A stretch of 21,152 nt of DNA from Myxococcota bacterium (GCA_036149055.1 JAYZQJ010000265.1:1-21152), one strand, 5' to 3'. Shown: positions 7,378 through 15,945, counted from the stretch's first letter. Numbers and translations: made by a program. The notes: generated from the sequence alone by a model not told the origin.

Positions 7378-8994
7378 GTGCGCTCCGCCCCCGCCCTCCT
7401 CGCCGCTCTCTTCGTGCTCTCTCTCGCCCCCGCGCTCGCGTCCGCCCAGGACGACGAGGCGCCCGCGAGCGACGCGGAGACGCCCTGGTACCAGCGCGGC
7501 GAGGAGACCCCATCGGAGCCGCGGGACGAGGACGAGCGGCCCGAGGGCGTGCCTCCCCAGCCCACCATCTACGAGCCGCCCGCCGGCGCCGACCCGCAGA
7601 CCCCCACCGCCGAGCGCGCCGACGCCCCGGCGCCTCGCCAGGAGGAGGGCGCCGCGGAAGAAGAAGAGGACGACGGGGAGGAAGACGAGGACGCGCACCG
7701 GGGCGAGTTCTACTTCGGCTCCTACGGGCGCATCGTCGCCGCCTCGGACCTCGACGGCCGGCTCGGGCGCCAGTCCCGCCTCACCGCGTGGGCGCCGCGG
7801 GTGGACGAAGACGACACCTACGCCGAGCTGGAGCTGCGCCGCGAGGATCACTTCGCGGGCATGGACACCCAGATCGTCGCCACGGTCGCGTTCGGCGGCC
7901 CGCTCTTCCACTTCGACGGCGAGTTCGACGAGGTCATCGCCATCCGGAACCTCTTCGCCGAGGTCCGCCACCTGCTGACCCCGGGCCTCGCGGTCTGGGC
8001 CGGCTCGCGCATGTGGCGCGGCGACGACGTCTACCTCCTCAACTTCTGGCCGCTCGACAACCTCAACATGGTCGGCGGCGGCGCGCGCTACGCGCTCGAC
8101 GACATCGGCGAGCTGTCGCTCGCGGTCGGCCTCTCGCAGCCGAACGACCCGTTCCAGCGCCAGGAGGTGCTCGCGCCGGCCCGGGTCGGCTTCTCGCCGG
8201 AGACGGTCCTCTTCCTCGACCGCCCGCGCCTCGTCACCGCCGGAAAGCTCACGTGGTGGCCCTTCGGGCGCTTCGCGGGCGACGGCATGAAGGCCATCCT
8301 CTACGGCGAGGGCCACTACCTGCCGTCCGGTCGGCGCGAGGACGAGGAGGGCTTCATCGAGCAGCTCCCCGACGACGCGGGCTGGGTGCTCGGCGCGCAG
8401 CTCGGCGGCTACCTCACCTCGACCCGCACCTTCGCGAACCTCTTCGTGCGCTACGCGCGCGGCCTCGGCGCCTACGACCCGCTCGGCGTCCCCTTCCGCG
8501 AGGGCTCGGTCATCCAGACCGGTCGGGCGGAGGAGTTCCGCGTCGCGCTCAGCGCCAACTGGGAGGTCGACATGTTCGGCCTGCAGCTCGGCGCGTACTA
8601 CCGCTGGTTCCGCGACGCCGACCCGAACGTCTTCGACCGCGCGGCGCTCAGCGAGGGCGCGGTCAACGCCCGGCCGATGCTCTGGTTCGGGCGCTTCGTC
8701 GGGCTCGCGGTCGACGTCAGCTACTCGGGCATGGCGACGAGCGCGATCAACGAGACCACCGGCGCGCCCGAAGGCGGCCACCAGTTCAAGCTCGGCGTCA
8801 TGCCGTTCGTCTCGCCCTTCGGGCGCGGCACCTACACCCGCCCTCACCTGCGCGTGATCTACTCGCTCACCGTGCGCGACGATGGCGCGCGGGCGCTCTA
8901 CCCCGCCCTCGACCCCCGGTCGGCCAACAACGTCGAGCACTTCCTCGGCATCGGCGTCGAGTGGTGGTTCTCCTCCAGCAGCTACGGGAGCTGA
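7378..8994 (+). CDS. Carbohydrate porin, LamB/maltoporin-like outer-membrane beta-barrel, 538 aa
   Basis: Signal peptide (ALASA|Q); FGSYGR, TYAELEL, RNLFAEV, VWAGSRMWRGDDVYLLNFWPL and terminal GIGVEWWF parallel LamB motifs; lies 3 bp upstream of a GH13 gene. Confidence 0.75.
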   Translation: MRSAPALLAALFVLSLAPALASAQDDEAPASDAETPWYQRGEETPSEPRDEDERPEGVPPQPTIYEPPAGADPQTPTAERADAPAPRQEEGAAEEEEDDGEEDEDAHRGEFYFGSYGRIVAASDLDGRLGRQSRLTAWAPRVDEDDTYAELELRREDHFAGMDTQIVATVAFGGPLFHFDGEFDEVIAIRNLFAEVRHLLTPGLAVWAGSRMWRGDDVYLLNFWPLDNLNMVGGGARYALDDIGELSLAVGLSQPNDPFQRQEVLAPARVGFSPETVLFLDRPRLVTAGKLTWWPFGRFAGDGMKAILYGEGHYLPSGRREDEEGFIEQLPDDAGWVLGAQLGGYLTSTRTFANLFVRYARGLGAYDPLGVPFREGSVIQTGRAEEFRVALSANWEVDMFGLQLGAYYRWFRDADPNVFDRAALSEGAVNARPMLWFGRFVGLAVDVSYSGMATSAINETTGAPEGGHQFKLGVMPFVSPFGRGTYTRPHLRVIYSLTVRDDGARALYPALDPRSANNVEHFLGIGVEWWFSSSSYGS

Positions 8995-8997
8995 CCG

Positions 8998-10797
8998 ATG
9001 ACCCGTCGATTCCTCCCCCTCCTCTCCGCCGCCCTCTTCCTGCTGTCCTGCGCCCACGACGCGCTCGGCGAGCAGCGCGAGGTGGAGATCGAGACCCACG
9101 TCGACGACTGGCGCGACCAGGTCATCTACCAGCTGCTGGTCGACCGCTTCGCGAACGGCGACGCGCACAACGACTGGCGGGTCGATCCCACCGCGCTCGC
9201 CCGCTACCAGGGCGGCGACTGGCAGGGGATCATCGACCGGCTCGACTACCTCGAGGAGCTCGGCGTCACCGCGCTCTGGATCAGCCCGGTGGTCCTCAAC
9301 GTCGACACCGACGCCGGCATCGACGGCTATCACGGCTACTGGGCGGTCGACTTCAACCGCACCAACCCGCACTTCGGCGACCTCGCCACCCTGCGCCGCC
9401 TCGTCGACGAGTGTCACGCGCGCGGGATGCTGGTGATCCTCGACATCGTCACGAACCACCTGGGGCAGGTCTTCTACTACGACGTGAACCAGAACGGGCA
9501 GCCCGACGAGTCCGTGCAGGGCTCGGGCGCCATCGCGCCCGGCGGCAGCCCCACCCAGGGCACGAGCCCGGTCGCCCGCATCAACGAGTTCGACCCGGAC
9601 TTCGACATCCGCGGCGTGCAGTCCTTCACCTCGCTCGGCCCGGCCGGCCCGGCGCCGGTCCGCTTCCTCGACATGCCGTCGATCTTCCGGGTGCCGCCGC
9701 AGCCCGCGATCTTCCAGGACCCGAACGCCTACAACCGGCGGGGCCGCACCCTGAACTTCGACGACCCCGATCAGCTCGTGCTCGGCGACTTCCCCGGCGG
9801 CCTCAAGGACGTCAACACCCGGAACCCCGAGGTCCGCGAGGCGATGGTCCAGATCTACGTCGACTGGGTGCTCCGCACCGACCTCGACGGCTTCCGAATC
9901 GACACCATCAAGCACGTCGAGTACGGCTTCTGGGAGTTCTTCGCCCCCGAGGTGCGTCGCCGCCTCGCCGCCGCCGGCAAGACGAACTTCTTCATGTTCG
10001 GCGAGGCCTTCGACGGACGCGACGACCTGATCGGGAGCTACACCCGCCCGGGGCAGCTCGACTCGGTCTTCTACTTCTCGCAGAAGTTCCGCGTCTTCGA
10101 CGACGTGTTCCGCAACGGCGCGCCCACCAGCAACATCCAGCGCCTGCTCGAGGAGCGCGAGGTCAACTACGGCCAGACCCCGCAGGAGGGCGGCATCGGC
10201 GTCTCCCCCGACGAGGTCCTGGTCAACTTCGTCGACAACCACGACGTGCCCCGCTTCCTCTTCGAGAACGACGGCGAAGAGGGCGTCCGCGAGCTGCACG
10301 CCGCCTTGACCTACCTCTTCACCGAGGACGGGATCCCCTGCCTCTACTACGGCACCGAGCAGCGCTTCGCGGGCGGCAACGACCCCTCGAACCGCGAGCC
10401 CCTGTGGCGCTCGGGCTACGCGACCGACGGCGAGACGTTCCAGCTCATCGCGCGCCTCAGCCGCATCCGCCGCCACTACCGGGCGCTGACCCACGGCGGG
10501 TTCGAGCTGGTCTGGGTCTCCGACCGGAGCGGCGACGAGAGCGACGCGGGCATCGTGGCGTTCGAGCGGGAGACCGCCGACGGCGACTACGCGCTGGTGA
10601 TCATCAACAGCCGCAGCGACAAGAGCGCGCGCACGAGCTTCGAGGGCGCGGTGATGGAGGTCGACGCGCGCGGCACCCTGCGCGACGTGCTCGGCGGCGC
10701 GAGCTACGGGGTCGGCGCCGACGGCCTGCTCGACGTGGAGCTCGGCCCGAACCAGGCCGTGATCCTCGTCCCCGAAGACCAGCACCAAGCCTTCTGA
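8998..10797 (+). CDS. GH13 alpha-amylase-family glycosidase, predicted lipoprotein, 599 aa
   Basis: Lipobox LLSC; VIYQLLVDRFANGD, GGDWQGIIDRLDYLEELGVTALWISPV, YHGYW, DIVTNH; catalytic DGFRIDTIKH, GEAF, FVDNHD; GIPCLYYGTEQ. Confidence 0.95.
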   Translation: MTRRFLPLLSAALFLLSCAHDALGEQREVEIETHVDDWRDQVIYQLLVDRFANGDAHNDWRVDPTALARYQGGDWQGIIDRLDYLEELGVTALWISPVVLNVDTDAGIDGYHGYWAVDFNRTNPHFGDLATLRRLVDECHARGMLVILDIVTNHLGQVFYYDVNQNGQPDESVQGSGAIAPGGSPTQGTSPVARINEFDPDFDIRGVQSFTSLGPAGPAPVRFLDMPSIFRVPPQPAIFQDPNAYNRRGRTLNFDDPDQLVLGDFPGGLKDVNTRNPEVREAMVQIYVDWVLRTDLDGFRIDTIKHVEYGFWEFFAPEVRRRLAAAGKTNFFMFGEAFDGRDDLIGSYTRPGQLDSVFYFSQKFRVFDDVFRNGAPTSNIQRLLEEREVNYGQTPQEGGIGVSPDEVLVNFVDNHDVPRFLFENDGEEGVRELHAALTYLFTEDGIPCLYYGTEQRFAGGNDPSNREPLWRSGYATDGETFQLIARLSRIRRHYRALTHGGFELVWVSDRSGDESDAGIVAFERETADGDYALVIINSRSDKSARTSFEGAVMEVDARGTLRDVLGGASYGVGADGLLDVELGPNQAVILVPEDQHQAF

Positions 10798-10816
10798 GAA
10801 CCGCTACCCTCCCCTC

Positions 10817-12013
10817 ATGGAGGTCGTGGTCGTTCTCTGCCTGTCGCTGGGCATGAGCCTGGGGATGGGCGGCCTGGTGGTGGGCCTCGTCTGGTTCTCG
10901 CTGAGACAGCAGCGAGAGCAGGGGCGGCGCTGGGCCGAGGCCTGCCAGCAGCTCGGGCTGACGCTGACCGGATCGCCGACCCGCGGGCTGTTCAGCGGGC
11001 CGCGCGTCAGCCTGCGGCAGACGATGGACGGCGAGCGCGCCGGGCTGCCGGTGCAGGTCGGCATGCGCATCGTGACCTCCGGCAGCGGCAAGAACCGGCA
11101 GACCCACTACTACAGCTACGCCAAGGCCTTCTTCCCGCGCTCGCTCGAGCTCGGCCTGTCGGTCACGCCGACCAACGTGGTGGCCCGCGCGTTCGCCGCG
11201 CTCGTCGGCTCCCGCGACCTCGAGGTCGGCGACGCCCGGATCGATCCCCACTACAAGATCGCGGCGGCCGAGCCGGAGGCCGCGCAGGCCCTGCTCCGGG
11301 TGCCCTACCTGGCGGACGCGCTCGCGGTCGGGGCCAGCGGCGCGTTCGAGCCCTACGTGTCTGACACCGAGCTCCGCTACGAGATGCGCGGCAAGTGCCT
11401 CGACGCGGGCCCCCTCGGCGCGGCGCTCGATCAGGCCATCGATCTCGCGCGGCGCATCCTGGCGGCGCGCGAGGAGATCGGCCCGACCGGCGCCGAGGAC
11501 GTGGTGGACCGCGCCTGGCGCCCGATCGCCGAGGCCCGCGGGCTCGCCCTCGACGTCGACCAGACCCGCATGTCCGGGCGGGTCGAGGGCGTGCACGTGG
11601 AGGTGGACGCGCAGCTGCGGGGCACGCGCCGGGTGACGGTGTTCACGGTCCGGTTCGACCGCGCGCTCGGGGTCGGGCTGAAGCTCACCCGCGAGGGGGC
11701 GCTGCACGGGATCGGCAAGCTCTTCGGCATGGTCGACATCGAGACCGGCGACCCGGCGTTCGACGATCGCTTCGTGGTGAAGGGGCAGCCGGCCGACGCG
11801 GTGCGCGCGCTCCTGACCCCCGAGGTGCGGAGCCAGCTCGTGAGCCTGCAGCAGCACGCCGAGCTGCTCGAGGTGGAGGACGACCGGCTGACCGCGGTGG
11901 TCGGGTGGCTGATCCGCGACCCGGCCTGGATCGACAGCGGGCTCGTCACCCTGGCGCGGGCGGGGGCGGCGCTGGCGGGCGTGGCCGCGGGCGCGGGCCC
12001 CTACCGGCGCTGA
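10817..12013 (+). CDS. Hypothetical membrane-anchored protein with two tandem homologous domains, 398 aa
   Basis: N-terminal hydrophobic helix; GC3-biased codons; visible internal duplication (DLEVGDARIDPHYKI vs DIETGDPAFDDRFVV). Confidence 0.8.
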   Translation: MEVVVVLCLSLGMSLGMGGLVVGLVWFSLRQQREQGRRWAEACQQLGLTLTGSPTRGLFSGPRVSLRQTMDGERAGLPVQVGMRIVTSGSGKNRQTHYYSYAKAFFPRSLELGLSVTPTNVVARAFAALVGSRDLEVGDARIDPHYKIAAAEPEAAQALLRVPYLADALAVGASGAFEPYVSDTELRYEMRGKCLDAGPLGAALDQAIDLARRILAAREEIGPTGAEDVVDRAWRPIAEARGLALDVDQTRMSGRVEGVHVEVDAQLRGTRRVTVFTVRFDRALGVGLKLTREGALHGIGKLFGMVDIETGDPAFDDRFVVKGQPADAVRALLTPEVRSQLVSLQQHAELLEVEDDRLTAVVGWLIRDPAWIDSGLVTLARAGAALAGVAAGAGPYRR

Positions 12014-12031
12014 TGGCCCTACGTTGACGGC

Positions 12032-12883
12032 GTGTCTCGCCGCCTGAAGATCGGGCTCGCCGTCACGGTGGGGCTCGTCGTGCTCGGCGCCGCCTCGGTG
12101 AGGCTGCTCGGGCTGCGCGGGATCGCGAGCGAGGCGGCGCCCTACCCCGACCCCTCCCACGCGCCGCTCGACGCGCTGCTGCGCGCGCACGTGCGGGACG
12201 GCCGCGTGGACTACGTCAGCCTGAAGACGGACGCGCGGCTCGAGCGCTACGTCGCGACGCTCGCCGGGTGGGGCCCGCGGAGCACGCCGGACGCGTTCCC
12301 GAGCGAGGAGGCGCGGCTCGCCTACCAGCTGAACGCCTACAACGCGCTGGTGCTCTTCGCGGTGGCGCGGGCCTGGCCGATCGCGTCGGTGCACGACGTG
12401 CGCGGGCCGATCGAGCCGAAGGCCGGCTTCGGCTTCTTCTGGGCGCAGCACTTCCGGCTCGATGGCCGCTGGATCAACCTCTACGACCTCGAGCACGACG
12501 TGCTGCGCGCCGGCTTCGAGGACGCGCGCATCCACGCGGCCATCGTCTGCGCCTCGGCGTCCTGCCCGCGCCTCGCGGCGGCGGCGTACCGGCCCGAGAC
12601 CGTCGACGCGCAGCTCGACCTGGCGATGCGCGCGTTCGCCTCGGCGCCCTACGTGCGGGTCGACGACGAGGGCGAGCGGATCGTGCTGAACGCGATCTAC
12701 GACTGGTTCGCGGAGGACTTCGCGGCCGAGGCGCGGCGGCGCGCGGCGGGCCAGACCGTGCTCGATGGGGTCGTCGCCTTCGCCGACCCGGAGACCCGGG
12801 CCGCGCTCACCCGGGCGCGACGGGACGGGTACGCCGTCACCTACGCGGCGTACGACTGGTCGGTGAACGCCGCTGGTCCGTGA
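12032..12883 (+). CDS. DUF547 domain-containing exported protein, 283 aa
   Basis: GRVDYVSL, LAYQLNAYNALVL, LYDLEHDVLR, DARIHAAIVCASASCPRL, IYDWFAEDF, YDWSVN; N-terminal hydrophobic segment. Confidence 0.88.
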   Translation: MSRRLKIGLAVTVGLVVLGAASVRLLGLRGIASEAAPYPDPSHAPLDALLRAHVRDGRVDYVSLKTDARLERYVATLAGWGPRSTPDAFPSEEARLAYQLNAYNALVLFAVARAWPIASVHDVRGPIEPKAGFGFFWAQHFRLDGRWINLYDLEHDVLRAGFEDARIHAAIVCASASCPRLAAAAYRPETVDAQLDLAMRAFASAPYVRVDDEGERIVLNAIYDWFAEDFAAEARRRAAGQTVLDGVVAFADPETRAALTRARRDGYAVTYAAYDWSVNAAGP

Positions 12884-12889
12884 ACGCCG
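12856..12889. repeat. 17-bp tandem duplication spanning the DUF547 stop codon
   Basis: CTGGTCGGTGAACGCCG (12856-12872) followed by CTGGTCCGTGAACGCCG (12873-12889), one mismatch. Confidence 0.75.
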
Positions 12890-12935
12890 CCGTGGGGCTT
12901 GACGCTCGGTCGCGAGGGGCCCAAGAGGCAGACCC

Positions 12936-13814
12936 ATGACCGCAAAGCGCATCATCCTCGCCCTCTCGCTCCTCGCCCCCGCGTGCGGCGGAGCCGAGAC
13001 CAGCGAGTCCAGCACCACCGCCGTCGAGGAGACCCGGGAGGCCGTCCAGGTCGAGACCGGTTCGATCCAGGCGGCCATCGACGGCCCCCACCGCTCGGAG
13101 GAGAACCGAGCCCGCGACCGCTTCCGGCACCCCCGCGAGACCCTCGAGTTCTTCGGCCTCGAGCCCGGCATGACGGTCGTCGAGATGGCGCCCAGCGCCG
13201 GCTGGTACACCGAGATCCTCGCCCCGGTGCTCCGCGACCAGGGCCGCCTCATCGGCGCCATCCCCGACCCCGCCCAGAGCGAGTACGGCCAGCGCTTCGT
13301 CACGAAGATCGAGTCGATGCCCGAGGTCTACGACCAGGTCGACACCGTGATCTTCGGGATCCCCGAGAACCCCGAGCTGGGCCCGGAGGGCTCGGCCGAC
13401 ATGGTGCTCACCTTCCGCTCCACCCACGGCTGGATCAACCGCGGCCAGGCGCAGCAGGTCTACGAGGCGATGTTCCGGGTGCTCCGCCCCGGCGGCGTGC
13501 TCGGCGTGGTCCAGCACCGCGCGGACGAGGGCGCCGACGCGGCCGAGACCTCGCGCAGCGGCTACGTGCCCGAGGCGGCCGTGATCGAGCTGGCGCAGAG
13601 CGCGGGCTTCGTGCTCGAGGAGCGCTCCGAGATCAACGCCAACCCGAACGACGACCACGACCACCCCGAGGGCGTCTGGACCCTGCCGCCCAGCCTCCGC
13701 CTCGGCGACCAGGACCGGGCGCAGTGGGAGGCCATCGGCGAGAGCGACCGCATGACCCTGCGCTTCCGCAAGCCGGCCGCCGAGGCCGCCGAGGACGAGG
13801 TCCCGGTCGAGTGA
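12936..13814 (+). CDS. Predicted class I SAM-dependent methyltransferase (COG4798-like), lipoprotein, 292 aa
   Basis: Lipobox-like LAPAC; RDRFRHPRETLEFFGLEPGMTVVEMAPSAGWYTEIL, DMVLTFR, LRPGGVLGVVQHR, SEINANPND, IGESDRMTLRFRKP. GAGG lies upstream. Confidence 0.87.
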   Translation: MTAKRIILALSLLAPACGGAETSESSTTAVEETREAVQVETGSIQAAIDGPHRSEENRARDRFRHPRETLEFFGLEPGMTVVEMAPSAGWYTEILAPVLRDQGRLIGAIPDPAQSEYGQRFVTKIESMPEVYDQVDTVIFGIPENPELGPEGSADMVLTFRSTHGWINRGQAQQVYEAMFRVLRPGGVLGVVQHRADEGADAAETSRSGYVPEAAVIELAQSAGFVLEERSEINANPNDDHDHPEGVWTLPPSLRLGDQDRAQWEAIGESDRMTLRFRKPAAEAAEDEVPVE

Positions 13815-13816
13815 AT

Positions 13817-13837
13817 CGAGGAGGCGGAACCTCGTCG
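13817..13837 (+). terminator. Possible stem-loop just after the methyltransferase stop
   Basis: CGAGGAGG-cggaa-CCTCGTCG, an 8-bp stem with one mismatch and no U-tract. Confidence 0.25.
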
Positions 13838-13897
13838 GTCGACGTGTGTCCCCAAGGCGCGGCCCGAGCCCCGGGTCGCACGCCGCGAGGAGTGCCG

Positions 13898-14332
13898 ATG
13901 AGACGAGCCGTCCCCTTCCTGTTGATGCTGTGCGTCGCGGCCCCGGCCGCGGCCGACATCGTGGTCGACCGCCCGATCGTGCGCCCGCTCCCCCGGGCGA
14001 CGCTCGCGGCGGTCGTCGCCACGGGGAGCGCCCCGGCCGCGGACGTGGCCGAGACGGAGCGCCAGACCCGACGCGCGCTCGCCCGACGGCTCCGGGCCGT
14101 GCAGCGCTGCCTGGCCGAGACCGAGCCCTTCCGCGACCCGAACCGGCGCGGCGCCCGGTGGGTCGAGGCCCGGCTGACCTTCGAGCGCGACGCGCGCCCG
14201 CGGGTCGATCAGGTGCGGAGCGGCGGCGTCGACGAGAGCGCCCGCCGCTGCGTGCTCGAGGCCGCCCAGGGCATCCAGATCCGCCGGGCGCCGCGCGGCA
14301 CCGTGCACGTCCGGGTCCGCTTCCGCCTCTGA
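13898..14332 (+). CDS. Small secreted protein, possibly with an AgmX/PglI C-terminal (TonB_C-like) domain, 144 aa
   Basis: SD GAGGAG before ATG 13898; signal peptide ending PAAA|D; Cys pair VQRCL ... RRCVLEA; terminal strand GTVHVRVRFRL. Confidence 0.65.
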   Translation: MRRAVPFLLMLCVAAPAAADIVVDRPIVRPLPRATLAAVVATGSAPAADVAETERQTRRALARRLRAVQRCLAETEPFRDPNRRGARWVEARLTFERDARPRVDQVRSGGVDESARRCVLEAAQGIQIRRAPRGTVHVRVRFRL

Positions 14333-14360
14333 TTTGCGCGCCCTCCCCGGTCGGGGAACG

Positions 14361-15923
14361 ATGCGGCGCGTGGGTGTGGAGAGCGAGAGCGCGTTCCTCC
14401 AGGAGCGGGTGGCGCGCTTCGGGCTGTGGATCGGCGCGATCAGCCTCGCGGGCCTCGTCGTCCGCATGGCCGCGCACATCGCGCTCGGCCACGCGTTCGA
14501 GACCTTCCTCTCCCTCGCCTGGGGCGCGCACCTGGCGTCCTGCGTCTGCGTGCTCGGGCTCTGGACGGCGCTGAAGGGCAAGCCCCGCTCGCGGCGGGCC
14601 ATCGAGTGGCTCGAGGTCGGCGGGCTCTGGGGCGCGGCCCTCGGCTACCAGATCGTCGGGCTCTACCTGCTGCCCGAGGCCCGCGCCGACTACGTCGTGG
14701 TCCTGGCGATGAACGTGATGTTCGTCGGCCGCGCCGCCTTCGTGCCGTCGTCGCCGCGACGCACCGCCTGGATGACCGCCCTGATCGGGCTGCCCATGAT
14801 CGGGCTCTTCTACGCGAGCCTCGCCGCGCGCCCGCCCGACCCCGCGACCCCGCCGGAGGCGGAGTGGACCCGCACCCTCAACGCCGGCATCTGGTGGACC
14901 TTCATCACGCTGCTCTGCGTGGTGATCACGCGCACCATCTACGGGCTGCGCGCCCAGGTCCGGGAGGCGAAGCGGCTCGGGCAGTACCAGCTCGAGGCGC
15001 GCCTCGCGTCCGGCGGCATGGGCGAGATCTACCGGGCCCGGCACGCGCTCCTCCGGCGGCCGACCGCGGTGAAGCTCATCCGCCCCGATCGCGTCGGCGA
15101 GCGCACGGTGGCCCGGTTCGAGCGCGAGGCCCAGCGCACCGCGGCGCTGACCCACCCGAACACCGTGACCGTCTACGACTACGGCCGCACCGAAGACGGC
15201 GTCTTCTATTACGCGATGGAGCTGCTCGACGGCGCGGATCTCCAGACGGTGATCGAAGAGACCGGCCCGATGCCGGCGGGGCGCGCCTGCCGGATCCTGG
15301 CGCAGGTCGCGGGGGCGCTCGACGAGGCCCACCGGGCGGGGCTGATCCACCGGGACGTGAAGCCCGGCAACGTCATCCTGGTCGAGCGCGGCGGCGAGCC
15401 CGACGTCGCCAAGGTCGTCGACTTCGGGCTGGTGAAGGCGATCGACGAGCAGGACCTGACGGTGACCGAGGCCGACAAGATCGTCGGCACCCCGCTCTAC
15501 GTGTCGCCGGAGGCGGTCGCCGCGCCCGAGGCCCTCGACGGCCGGGCCGATCTCTACGCCCTCGGCGCGCTCGGCTGCTTCCTGCTCACCGGCAAGCCGC
15601 CGTTCGGCGGCAAGAGCGCGATCGAGGTCTACACCAAGCACCTCGAGCTCGCGCCGGAGCCGCCGTCGTCCCAGGCCCCCGAGCCGTTCGATCCCGGCCT
15701 CGACCAGCTCCTGCTCGCCTGCCTGGCCAAGGACCCGGCCGACCGCCCGCAGACCGCGCGCGAGGTCGCGGTGCGGCTCGAGGACCTGCTCGACCGGCTC
15801 CCCGAGTGGGACGCGCTCGACGCGGCGCGGTGGTGGAAGCAGCACGGCCCGGCGCTCCGGACGCGCCGCGACGCGGCCCTCCAGAGCGCCCCCGGCTCGC
15901 TCACCCTCGCTCCTCAGCCCTAG
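14361..15923 (+). CDS. Hanks-type Ser/Thr protein kinase with about 6 N-terminal TM helices (start could be 14361, 14370 or 14376)
   Basis: LASGGMGEIY, TAVKLI, RFEREA, HPNTV, YYAMELL, HRDVKPGN, DFGL, GTPLYVSPE, DLYALG, CLAKDPADRP. Confidence 0.93.
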   Translation: MRRVGVESESAFLQERVARFGLWIGAISLAGLVVRMAAHIALGHAFETFLSLAWGAHLASCVCVLGLWTALKGKPRSRRAIEWLEVGGLWGAALGYQIVGLYLLPEARADYVVVLAMNVMFVGRAAFVPSSPRRTAWMTALIGLPMIGLFYASLAARPPDPATPPEAEWTRTLNAGIWWTFITLLCVVITRTIYGLRAQVREAKRLGQYQLEARLASGGMGEIYRARHALLRRPTAVKLIRPDRVGERTVARFEREAQRTAALTHPNTVTVYDYGRTEDGVFYYAMELLDGADLQTVIEETGPMPAGRACRILAQVAGALDEAHRAGLIHRDVKPGNVILVERGGEPDVAKVVDFGLVKAIDEQDLTVTEADKIVGTPLYVSPEAVAAPEALDGRADLYALGALGCFLLTGKPPFGGKSAIEVYTKHLELAPEPPSSQAPEPFDPGLDQLLLACLAKDPADRPQTAREVAVRLEDLLDRLPEWDALDAARWWKQHGPALRTRRDAALQSAPGSLTLAPQP

Positions 15924-15945
15924 CAGGCCGCAAGAGCGGCCTGCT

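Noticed and set aside
14334..14360. TTG start at 14334 for the kinase
   Set aside because: No SD, it adds a non-conserved-looking peptide across an inverted repeat, and ATG 14361 or a nearby GTG is more plausible.
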